Assembly (NCBI GenBank): GCA_008632985.1
Contig: QPGO01000108.1
Span: forward strand, 238,476 to 274,675
Length of the DNA: 36,200 nucleotides
Reading direction: 5' to 3'
DNA from: Psammoneis japonica
Lineage: Eukaryota
The position numbers and the translations under genes were made by a program. The stretch's first letter is position 1; the number at the start of each line of letters is the position of its first letter. Shown piece by piece: positions 22,871-33,700 of the stretch. The notes under the pieces were generated by a model. The model ran no database searches and was not told where the DNA came from. It saw only the letters and a program-made list of their open reading frames with translations.

Positions 22871-24249
22871 ATGATCATGTCTGACGTGCTGCAAAAAGAC
22901 GATCTCAAGTCTTTCAGTGGAGCAGAGTCCTTTCTTGTGGGCCTTTCTCCTCAGTACTGGGCGCATACTCCTCTGACCATTGCAGATGTGCAAAGCATGG
23001 GTGTAGTTGATGGGATTGACTGCATGATTTTCAAGACGACTCAACTTGATTGGAAAGCAACAACAGACAACAACGAAGGCGAGCCTAGCAAACGTAGAAA
23101 CTGACGCACACACCGGTAAAGTTTGTACCGGTTTCAAAGTGCCGAATCGAAGGAGTCGTTGTCAATGTCGAACAAAAGTCAAACGGATCGGTACTATATC
23201 TTATTGACGATGGTACAGGCTTGATTGATTGCATTGCCTGGTATGATGACGTGTATTCACTTCCACCACTTGTAGAGACACCTTCAGTCAATCAAGTAAA
23301 AGCAAGTTTCGTGTGGGAGATGTGGTTCGTGTCTTGGGAAAGATTCGCTGCATGTCGGTGGGAACCGTGACGGAGACGGTTTTGGTCGCGGGGAAGCAGT
23401 ACGAAGTGCGAGATGCCATTCGAGAAATTCAATCAACAATCATGGAGCATGCAACTGATCGATACAAGCGCCCGAAACCTTGATTCTCAATTCAGAGTCT
23501 AACATTGGCTGGATTGTATGCAATTCCACAAAAAAGCTGCCAATCCCGCTGGTCTGTGTGGGAAGGATGCCATGGACAGCCAAACAATATACAATGGTGC
23601 CGAAATGCTTGGCCTTTTGGGGCGAGAGATTACAGCAAGCGTTGTAGAGCAAAGCGAATTTCCGAGTTCTGACGACTCCGTTGGAGCATGGCGTGTGTTT
23701 GGGATGAACTGTCAGTGCAACTTGCCGTACAAAGAGCCTCTGTTGTACTGCCATTGTCAAGCTAAAGCAAATACATTCGACCGTGAGTTCATTTTTAGAG
23801 ATGCAATTCTCGAGACACTATTACGAATGGAAGGTGATTTAAAGATACAAGAGAATGAAGAAATCTCGGTCGAGTCGCAATTGCGATTTCAATACAAGAC
23901 GCTAGTGCACAACAAAGATCTGAAGTCAGTGGCAGAGAGAGTAGTGTCGTCAATGGGTAATCCTTCGGGGCGCATGTACAAAGGGTCTTCATTTCCACCT
24001 TTAGTGCATTACGATCGGACGGGATTGTCTTTTTGGAAAGTCCCGAGACAGACACTTATATCTTTCTTTCGCGAAAGCGGGTTTTAGAACCTTATGTAAA
24101 AAAATATCGTCCAAGGACCCAAGCTCGGCAATGGAACGGAACTTCTCATGACCCAACCGCCAGCGTACTTGGTCAACGTTCCCAACGCGCGTTTGCAATA
24201 TATCAAGAAGTGCCTTTGGGACAAGAGAAAGGACGACACCGGCAGTTGA
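22871..24249 (+). CDS. OB-fold protein, CST complex subunit STN1-like (RPA2/STN1 family); several frameshifts
   Basis: LVGLSPQYWAHTPLTIADV, then across frames VPVSKCRIEGVVVNVEQK..LYLIDDGTGLIDCIAW and FRVGDVVRVLGKIR. Probable C-terminus PPAYLVNVPNARLQYIKKCLW..GS*. Confidence 0.7.
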
Positions 24250-25065
24250 GTTGCGTTTGTGATATTTTTCTTCTTGTGCTATAAAATTGCCACACCACCG
24301 TTTGTTGGCAAAGGAGGTTCCTGGTTCAGGAGGCGAAGGAGGTCTCGGACAGAATACAATCGGGACGACAGAAGGACTGAATGACCGGCCAGTTCTTTCC
24401 TCCTCATAAGTGATTCATGGTTGGATTCCTCGTTATGGCTCTAATTCACATGAGCTATCATTCTCTCCAAAAGTCTTTCTTCATTACGCGGAAGAGTTCA
24501 CAACAGATTCTTGCTTCTTGTGTCGCAAAGACGCAGTCGGCCAAAAAGGCTGCAGAAGCTCGATTTCGCTGTACACCATGAGCAAAAAGAGTACAGGTAC
24601 CGTTTCCTGTGCATCGACTGTATTATGCAGTACTACTCTAGCCAGTACCGGTAGTAGGCCTCCACCTACTTCTAGAGAGGGCCCTGCTCTCTAGAGAGTA
24701 ACGGTACGGAGCAGAGATTCGTTTGGTCCTGCGTCGCTCACTGGGGTAATAACAATCAAGGTTTGAATGCGTGAGGCGTGCTTTGTGAAATTGTATCCGA
24801 GGAGGATCAAATGCACATGGCTCGTTTCCGGATTTGAAACTGTTCTGCAAAAAAAAAACACGGATTCGTTTTCACAAGCATTGTAGACCTTGCACAATGC
24901 CGAAGAGATGCACAACAATGAGATACGACAGCAAGGACTCTTTCAAATTACACTGAATCATTGCATGCATGATTGCATGCATGATAAATAATAGAACGCT
25001 TTCCATGCTACTCGAGTCTAGCTAGCTATTTTGCTTTAGCATTTATGTTCACAGTAGCTCTGTTG

Positions 25066-25438
25066 TTAATTTGTTTCATTCATCTTGCCCAAAACAATCA
25101 ACGTGATGAGCATGTAGAGAAAAATGCTGTTTGGGTTCTTCCAGGGGGTCATGAACAGAATAAAGAGCTCGACTGGATCCTTGATCGCAACCCTTTCTCG
25201 CTTTTCATTCTTGTCGCCATTCCTCTTTATCGCAAAAAGAGTCGCGCCTTGGTGGATTGGCTGTGGCAAGATGTTGCTCGGAACGGGCGCACGGGATGCG
25301 CCCTGGTGTTTGAATCACAAATCCGTTTGTGACTTGTCCGAGCACAACCATGCTTGCAATGACGAAAACTGCCTTGGAAAGACGGCAGTGAGATGATGGG
25401 GCCTTCACATTCGTGTTCATCATGGTATCGTTGTGCAC
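25066..25438 (-). CDS. Small protein with signal/transit-like N-terminus and C-terminal TM helix (one frameshift)
   Basis: AVFVIASMVVLGQVTNG-F presequence (ORF 25205-25438) continues into DPVELFILFMTPWKNPNSIFLYMLITLIVLGK (ORF 25066-25269). Confidence 0.5.
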
Positions 25439-25866
25439 TAAATCGAAGTTTGCAGGAATGCAACAGCAAACGAGAAACGAGAATACCAGTAATCTTGGAT
25501 TTAGTGGTAAAAGATTTATAATTATTACTGGAAATGACCTGCCATATACTGTATTTTCTTATTTCTGGTAACCTCAGTAACTAACATTATTAGACATCTT
25601 ACGTCAGAGTCGGCCCGTCAACCGACAGTCTCCCATGTCGTACCAGATGATTCGGTAGCTTTTGTGATGTGTAGAAAACGTAGGTGATGAACCAGTACAA
25701 ACCACGACCCAACGGTCGGAGTAACACAAAAAGCGCGGGAAATGCGCGCAGGACGACGGGGGCGTCTCGCAAAAAGAAGACACGCAAAAGCAAAACGCAG
25801 CGCTCAGGTCCCACGCTGACGACCACAGCAACGCTAGAGTAGAGTCAGCCCCACGCTGCCATTTAC

Positions 25867-27381
25867 ATGTATCATGAAGGCAAGATGATCAATAGCATGA
25901 AAGGTGTTAGGATTCAAAGTGAAGGAATGGACATTGAAAAGAAATTTTACCCGACTGCCCCGTTCGTGACCCCATCTCCGCTTCTTCGAAAGTCCAGCAG
26001 TCGCTTATTTCAGCCTACTTTGAAAAACCAATGGATCGATGTCGAAAATATTGTTTATCCATTCGATACAGACGACGGAGAGATCATGGCGTGCTTTGAA
26101 ATGCTTAGAGACGATGGTGTTTCCTGCTCGGCTCTGTATTCGTTGGCATCGCTGATTGGAAAGCACAAAGGGGTGTCTCTTGTTTCGGCCAATGCGGTTC
26201 CAGAAAACGAGGACGTGCACTTGTTGGCCGTGGGATCCTTTTTGATGGGTTCGACGCCACACCATGTAAAGCTTTCCTTTACGGAGTTTCTCATGTCGGA
26301 ACTCTTGCCTCCGCTTGGCATCCGAAGAGGACGAATGACTGTACAAGACACACTAGACTTTATTCTCGGAAAAGATTTTGGCTGGAACAAACCCGTTCAT
26401 GCAGAGATTCGGCTAATTGTTCGTCTTAGAATAGCTTGTAATGTATTACAAGACCGTTTGGCTCAAGCCCAAGTCTCAAAGCGAGAACGGGTGGCGCAGG
26501 TTGTAAAGGGAGGCGACATTGCGGCTGATGCCATTGCCACAGCAGCGCTGGCTGTGGAGAATGGGCTATCACGATCGGTTCCAGTCCTTACTGCGGGAAT
26601 TGATGTTGCTGGGAGCTTGATCAAATACGCCGTCAACTCTCCCGAGAGGAAGCCGGTGAAAAAGACCAAGGCAGGAGTGGTGGCGTCGGTCTACACGGAT
26701 GCTGCCAAGAGAGCGACCGACGGGGTTCGTGTCGGCACCAAGGCTGCTGCGGTTGGAATTCGAGACGCTTCCACCCGGGGAGTAGCCACAATGTCCAAAC
26801 GATTTGATGATGGGAATCTCGCCGAGAGAATTGTTCCCGACGAACACCATCGCGATTTGCTCTCTGCCGCAGGAAAAGTCGGTGTCGCAAGCGTGGGAGC
26901 GGTTGCAATTGTAGGCGAAGCCGTGTTTGAGACGACGAGCGCCGTCTTGAAAAAGACAGCGTCTGTGACAGCGGATGTTGTTAGGTACAAGTATGGAGAT
27001 AATGCTGGTCAGATTGTACAGAATGCAAGTGACACTACGGGGAACGTGTTGCGCACCGTGTCTCACGTGGCAATGCTAGAGAGCAAGGTTCTCAGCAAGG
27101 CCGTTGCAAAAAATGCTGGCAAGGAGCGAGTCAGACAAAATGGTCAGAATATGTCACTTTTGACTTCAACTAATACAGAAATGCCAAAGGTCTCTGACCT
27201 GAACGAAGGAGACAAAGGTGCTGGTTTTAGTATCGTCCGTGAGAACTCCGGCGTGGTTCAGTCAAGTTTCACGTCACTAGGCATCCATCCGCAGCAGGCA
27301 TTAAACAGAGTAGTCTCCAACAGGACGACGCCGCCTGCGTGCAACAACCCTTACTCTGCCAAATACGTCAAAACGCTTTGA
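25867..27381 (+). CDS. Senescence (spartin-associated) domain protein
   Basis: 504-aa ORF with Ala/Val/Thr-rich amphipathic helices and VTADVVRYKYGDNAGQIV, typical of the senescence domain C-terminus. Confidence 0.75.
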   Translation: MYHEGKMINSMKGVRIQSEGMDIEKKFYPTAPFVTPSPLLRKSSSRLFQPTLKNQWIDVENIVYPFDTDDGEIMACFEMLRDDGVSCSALYSLASLIGKHKGVSLVSANAVPENEDVHLLAVGSFLMGSTPHHVKLSFTEFLMSELLPPLGIRRGRMTVQDTLDFILGKDFGWNKPVHAEIRLIVRLRIACNVLQDRLAQAQVSKRERVAQVVKGGDIAADAIATAALAVENGLSRSVPVLTAGIDVAGSLIKYAVNSPERKPVKKTKAGVVASVYTDAAKRATDGVRVGTKAAAVGIRDASTRGVATMSKRFDDGNLAERIVPDEHHRDLLSAAGKVGVASVGAVAIVGEAVFETTSAVLKKTASVTADVVRYKYGDNAGQIVQNASDTTGNVLRTVSHVAMLESKVLSKAVAKNAGKERVRQNGQNMSLLTSTNTEMPKVSDLNEGDKGAGFSIVRENSGVVQSSFTSLGIHPQQALNRVVSNRTTPPACNNPYSAKYVKTL

Positions 27382-27949
27382 CACGTGAGCGGAATTTCGC
27401 ACCCCCCCCCCCCCCCCCGCTTCCGACCAGAATGCTGCCGGCTTATTTTCTTGGACAGGCTCTCGGGGTTTCTTGACGGGGCGAAAATTTGCGAATGGAA
27501 GGTATCGGAAGTGTAACTTACTGGCCCTTCTGTTGACCAATGAAGATGGCGCTTTCATAGTTGCTTAAACGCCCGAAATGGCGGGTGCTCTGTTGCTAAT
27601 CATCAAGCAGTGACGAGATGGAACGAGAAGCTGTCGTGATGATTGCATGGCGTCCTAGGGAGAAGGATATACAGAGTGAGCAATTTCGGAGCTTCCGGCA
27701 ATTAGCATAGCTAGCAGACGCTTCTCTCTTCTTATTCTGCCTGAAAGACTGTCAGCACCTTGTCGATGGCTATTTTTTTTTTATGAACTAAACCGCTTGA
27801 AAGCTTTACGGATCAACAGATGTCTAAAATTGGAATGAATGCCGGTTTCATGTGGAAGGGGTGCAAACACCAAACAAGCACCAACTGGTCGCTTGGGTCA
27901 CAATTCTCATGGTTGACGCTTCACCGGCACAGCAAGCTAGCGTAAGATT

Positions 27950-29420
27950 CTCTTGCGAGAATGGCGTCAAAATTTCTGCACCCTTCGGCCTTCACAACCA
28001 CCAATGACAGATGCCTTCTTGAGCTTGAGAAATCCAGGGTTTTGGTGGAGCCGGAACAGAATTTTTATGTTTTAGAACTTTTGCATTTTAGAATTTTTCC
28101 ACTTCTACCAATGCCCACCACTTCATTTGCTGTCACTGAAACCCAATTCGCTCATCTTCATTGTTTGAACAACATCAACAAGCTGTTGCAAAAGAAAATC
28201 CTGGGGACAGTGATTCCATCCCAATTGGTGCGAGGTTCTTCCAAGATGCACCCAGTGTTGTTCAACCAAAAAGCAATTGAGATTTGGTCAGGAGTGCTCA
28301 AGAGCTGTGAATGCTGTGTGCCCAAGTGTTTGCAGGACCCAGTTTTGCACATTTTTTCCTCTTTGCATGTCGTGGCTGCTTTGATTTGGTGGCAGCACAT
28401 CATGCTTTTGACTGCAATTTTCTGTTGGAAATGCAGGTGGGCTGACAGCAGGTTGACAAATGGTTGTCAGTTGCACCTGCACAAAGTGTCATCATTGCCT
28501 TCTTGTGTGCACTTTGTCACATCAATGCTCACAGAAGTTGAGAGAGCATCATCAGCTCCTGTTGACTTTGGAGACACAGCCAACAGATGTGCACAATTTC
28601 TGCCGAGGACCGCTGCTCTCTTGATGGAGGCACCTTTGGCAAGCAGCAAGAGTTCCATTCAGAGGTGATGGTGCCCCTGCCAGCAGTGATGGGTGACCAC
28701 ACTTGCCTGTGTCAAATCTAAGACTTGTCAGGGCTTACAATGCACAGAGGGTCACATTGCTGAGGCATGACCCGGGTGTGTGCGATGGTGTGAGCAAGGC
28801 TGCACACATGCCGCTTTGAAGAGCTTCTTGCTTGCTCCGGCCATTGAGACCATCAAGAGCAAGCAAATGTGACCACCACTCACACTGTCATGAGCCAGCA
28901 ATGCTTTCTTTGCAAGAAAGCTCAGCAACAAAAGCAGCAAAACAGCTCCCAAAACACATGTGGTGTGCACTGCACGCAGCTTTGTGAAAAACAAAGAGAG
29001 AACGAGGCCATCTCATTTTGGAAAATGAGACCTGGTGGGGATTCAAGCTGGTGGAAAGGTCAGAGGAATGACATGCTGCAAACAAGCATGATGGCATCAT
29101 GTTGGTCTGCTGTGGTGGAGAAACAGAAGAACATCAAGAAGCAAGACCACGCTGAGCCACAGGTGAGGACGAGGGAGATGATGATGGATGACGACGACCA
29201 CCCCCATCTCGAAAACCAGCAGCAGCAGCAGCAACAACAACAACAGCACTGAGTCAAACAATCAACACAAGAGCATGTGCAGCTCATTCAGAGACTCCAT
29301 TGTGATGATTAACTCCAACACTGGCAGCTTCCAATCACCAAGCTTAATTAACAACGGAAGGGACAGACCGGGTCGCTGGACAGACGAACCACGACTCGTT
29401 GCGCGCGCGATCCAAGATCC
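27950..29420. mobile_element. Decayed TE-like island, TpA-depleted; boundaries approximate
   Basis: Near absence of TA from ~28130 to 29300; C/H-rich, Y-poor spurious ORFs on both strands; located between intact genes. Confidence 0.5.
29217..29246 (+). repeat. (CAG)n(CAA)n microsatellite
   Basis: CAGx5 CAAx4 CAG. Confidence 0.9.
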
Positions 29421-29665
29421 TTCTCGGATCTTTCGTTTTTCGCAATTTCGTGCGATGCGAACCCATAAGCCCATGCGAATTGGAAATAGCAAGAATTTTG
29501 AACGAAGGCGTAGGCAAAGCACTCATTGAAAACACATATACCATCTATGGTACGACTACCTTTTGAAAGGTGACAAGAGAGCGTGAAGCAAAACGAATTT
29601 GACAAAGAAGTGGACTCACTCTTCCTTTTCCTTTCAAAGTACTTGCGCGCACCGACATTCCAAAC

Positions 29666-30605
29666 AATGATTATGAAAGCCACTTATCCATGCCGACCGA
29701 GAATGAAGATGGCCTTGTCCTCTTGTCGGTGCACTGAAAGCATTGTGAGTTCACGATTGCTGGCTACATCTGGCTTTCAAACAAAAGGAAGAGCACTGCC
29801 ACCACCACGGCCTCCTCGTGCATCGTCTGCGGCATTCAGGCAATACATGCCTGCTGGAAGCGGCCCTGCAAAAGAGGTTTTACCGACTGAAACTTTAAGA
29901 CAGCGATCAACGATTGTTCGATTTCTCAATCCCTGGGTTGATTTGGCAAATGTGACGGACGATGCTATCCTAGCTTTCAAGGTGGAAAGTGTCACACGTA
30001 CCTTTGGAGTTGTCGCTGCTCTCATGTGTTCGCTTTCGGCGGCGGCTCTAGCTGTCATGCCCGCTTCTGTGCCTGAAGAAGATAAAGATACAGATCAGCA
30101 CAAGTTGAACATAAATGGGTCAAACGGGGATGTAGATACAGTGGGAGAATATACGTCTCTCTTGGAAACCTTGCTGGAACATATTGTTTCAACAGAAAAG
30201 CATGTAGCAGGCACGTCTCTTTTGGTCAATCACCTTGGAGTGCCTGCAAAGAAGCTTGCCGACATTTATTCGGCGTGTTGCGCGGCATCCTTTTATAGTT
30301 CTGTTTGCGCCATGGGTCTATCGGCTGTACTAAATGCATGGCTTGGTTGTACTCCTCCCGGAGGCACAAAGCATTTTGTTCGTTATCACTCAACGATGAT
30401 TTGTGTTATTCCTGGCCTGTTGGCGGTTTCAACTGGACTTGCCGGGGTTGCCCTTTTTATTGGATTGGATCGGTCCAAGGGCACACCAATCTCTTATATT
30501 GGTTTAGGAGGAACTGTGATTGGAGGGCTGTTGATTGGATCAGCGACCACCCGAGGCATGTTGTGCACCTACCGATTGTTGACACCATTGGCAAAGAAGA
30601 TTTGA
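29666..30605 (+). CDS. Uncharacterised membrane protein
   Basis: Within ORF 29583-30605. Basic/Ser-rich presequence-like N-terminus and 4-5 hydrophobic helices; start codon uncertain. Confidence 0.65.
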
Positions 30606-30775
30606 TAAAGAAGAAATGTTACTCTAGTGTTGGTGCACTCCAGTACAGATGTTCAGTTCGCTTAGAGACGAGTATGGAAGGTGAGGGAGGGGGTAGTTCG
30701 TTTGTGATAATGTATGCTACTGACGCATTTTGATGCAAAGTGTAAATGACAAAAGTATGAAAACTACCTCATGTC

Positions 30776-33700
30776 TCACGGTCTGAAGAGGTCGTTCTTT
30801 GAAAACTCGCTTGGGAATTCGCCACGGCTGGGACAAATCCTGTTCAGCATGTCTTCGTCGTCCACCCCTGCCCATCTGCCGACAGCGGGCCATATTTGAT
30901 CAAAGCTTGTCGTGGGTATGAAGCGTCCACGTCCTAAATTGAGTTCGCCGTTTTCCGACATGTCCTCGGGGTATTCTCCCAGGATTTTGCCGCCCTTGAC
31001 GGAGCCACCAAATAAAAAGTAATTGCCACCCCACGCATGATCGGTTCCTCCGCCGCTATTGGGAGACAACGTCCTTGCAAAATCACTTACTTGCACCACT
31101 GTTGTACTACTCCACATGTCTTGCTTCTTAAGCTCCGTCGTGAACGCGCTGATGGCCTCATTCACATCCGAAAAAAGACTCGACAAGCCCTCCTGCATGT
31201 TGGAATGTAGATCAAAACCTCCCATCTAGACATTACAAGAGAGCCGAGACAGACATGATTAGACAAGCCGTAGCTACAGCATGAGACAAGCAGAAAAATG
31301 TACACTCACCTCGACGTAAAAAACATCGGCATTCTTGCCCCTCTCTTTGTGGGTTCGTATCATTTTTGCTACAATTTCTAGCTTCTTTCCAATGTCGGAC
31401 TCACCAAAGTCTTGGCTGACCTGCGCGAGACGCAGCGTCTTGTAGAGAGCTTCGTTCTGTTTTAATGATTCAATGAGCAAATTTGACCACGTGCTCGCCA
31501 TGAAACCGCTGTCCACATTTGTGGCGTTGTTTAGATCCTTAATGGTACGAACCATAGTCGACCGTGTCATTGTAGCTGCATCGGTTGGCATGAACTGGCT
31601 GACACCTGCGGGGCTCAAACTGATCGGTGGCGGAGTGACACGGGCATCTCCCACGAGTGCGATTGAAGTGGAGTCAATTGAGACAGAACCAACCGAAAGA
31701 CCTTGATAAGACATTGCATCAGCAAGTCTGCCCAAAACGCCAGTACCTGATGCAGCGTCGAACAAATCAACTCGTTTTGCACTTCTCTGCATTGTGTTGT
31801 GAGCGAATAACTGTGTTGGGGTGTCTTGCAAATACGTTTCTTTGCTGGACGGTCGACCAAGAGAGCCGGTGTTTGCAAAAAACAACAGATCTTCCTCGTT
31901 GTATAATCGTTGCACAATGGGTAAGTCCTCATGCACACCAAAGGTTGAGCAGCCAACTTGACCAGATCCGCCAATCGGTAAGAGATTCTGTTGCAGTAGA
32001 TGAGCAGGAGTCCTAGCTTTGACGTATCGTGAATATGCGTCATCCCCACCACCTTGGCGTGCTCTGCATGTCTTGGGTACAAGCATATTGAAAGAGTCGC
32101 AACCACCAGCAAACATCAGCATAACTACCGCCTTGTAAGGCCTTCCTGGCACCGGAATACGCTCCGGTGTCTCCTGAAGGGCTTCACCACTCAGTTTAAC
32201 CTTATTCGTTGTGTGAAACTCTGCGGTCGTTACTATAAGCAGCTGTGCAATGCGTAACCCCGCGTCCCTGTCGAACTTTTCTACTGCGTCATCATATGCT
32301 TCCATTATCGTCTGCCGACTCTTCGCATCTAAACGGCCTGATGTCAGTATCGTCGCAAGTTCATCGACCACTTCCTTGGATGTCGTCCCGGTCGGACGAA
32401 AGGTGAGCATTCCAGTAGCGCGCATGTTGCGACCGTCATCGAGGCACTTTTCTTTGTATCCGCCGGCAATTGTAAAACCAAAGCCATGATCACAGTCTGA
32501 AAGCCCATACTTTATCAGACTTTGAGCGCCATTCACCCACGCCACCATTCGAGCTGTCTGCAAAATAACAAATCGACGAGGCACAATAATGAGAGCTTCC
32601 AATAAACGGGACGAACAAAGAAGAGACTAAACGACAAACTCACATCTAGAAGCTGAGCTTCGGGGGCAACAAGCGATCCAGTTGAAACTCTTCCATCAGG
32701 TTGGTATTCCGAAAGGAAGAATGAAAAAACTGTTTCTTGCTCGTGCGCCATCTGACCTATCTTCTCGTTAATATTGTCGAAAACCACGTATGGATATCCT
32801 CCAGGAATTCCTGTCTTCGGCTTGAATTCCATGCTGCGCATTAGACCAATCACCTTCAAGAGAGGTTCGCGAATGGATCCGTGAGCGGGATCCACATCGA
32901 GCACCGCTGAACGAGGCTCTCTGTCAAGAAGAATAGCTGCGATTGTAGAAGCGAGATCTCCATATTTACCTGTGCCAAAGCTAGTGTCCCCGGACTTGAA
33001 CGTTCCGGTTCGAAAAGCAGTTGCACACTCCTTAACGTATCGCGGGCTCGGGTTCGAGATGCCGAACCGCTGGATAAGCCGGGTACACACGAAGGGCGCC
33101 GTGTTTGGATGGTGCACAAGGTGCGTAAGCAATGCTTCAGTCTCGTATTCCACATCGCGGACCGTAGCCTCAGACGGTACCAAACTGTTAAACTGCACAG
33201 GGTTTCTGAAGCTAAACGAAGAGTCACCAAGCTCGACAGCCACCTCAGCGTTCTTCAGAAAAAGCGTACGACCAAATTCATCCACAACTTCAAAAATCGT
33301 ATCAGACGTGTAGCTGCTCGGACTACTCGGCATGTGCACGGTGAAATCATTGATCCTCCTAGACTCGAACTTCCCTGAATCAAACGATGCAGGGTCCGGG
33401 GCACCGATCCGAAGCTGGGAAATAATCAAGTCGGAACTGGCGGGGTCACGGTCGAATACAATCATTTCTTTTACGGACGTGTCACATAGGCAGTTCTCTC
33501 CTTCGATTGTCTTGCACCAAAGGGTATCACAGTCTCCGCTCTTTTGTCGAGGGTAGGCACCATCCGCCCATGGAACGCGGAAATAGTTCGTTGTGTCGTC
33601 GTCAACATGCAGCACCTTTCCTCGACCGCCATTCGCAACAGTGAAGTCATGGACTAACGCAACAAAGCCACGTGGATTTACTTTCACCTGCAGCATGCAC

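Noticed and set aside
27402..27418. Poly-C run of 17 nt (potential G-quadruplex on the minus strand)
   Set aside because: Simple homopolymer of unreliable length in this assembly; no functional evidence.
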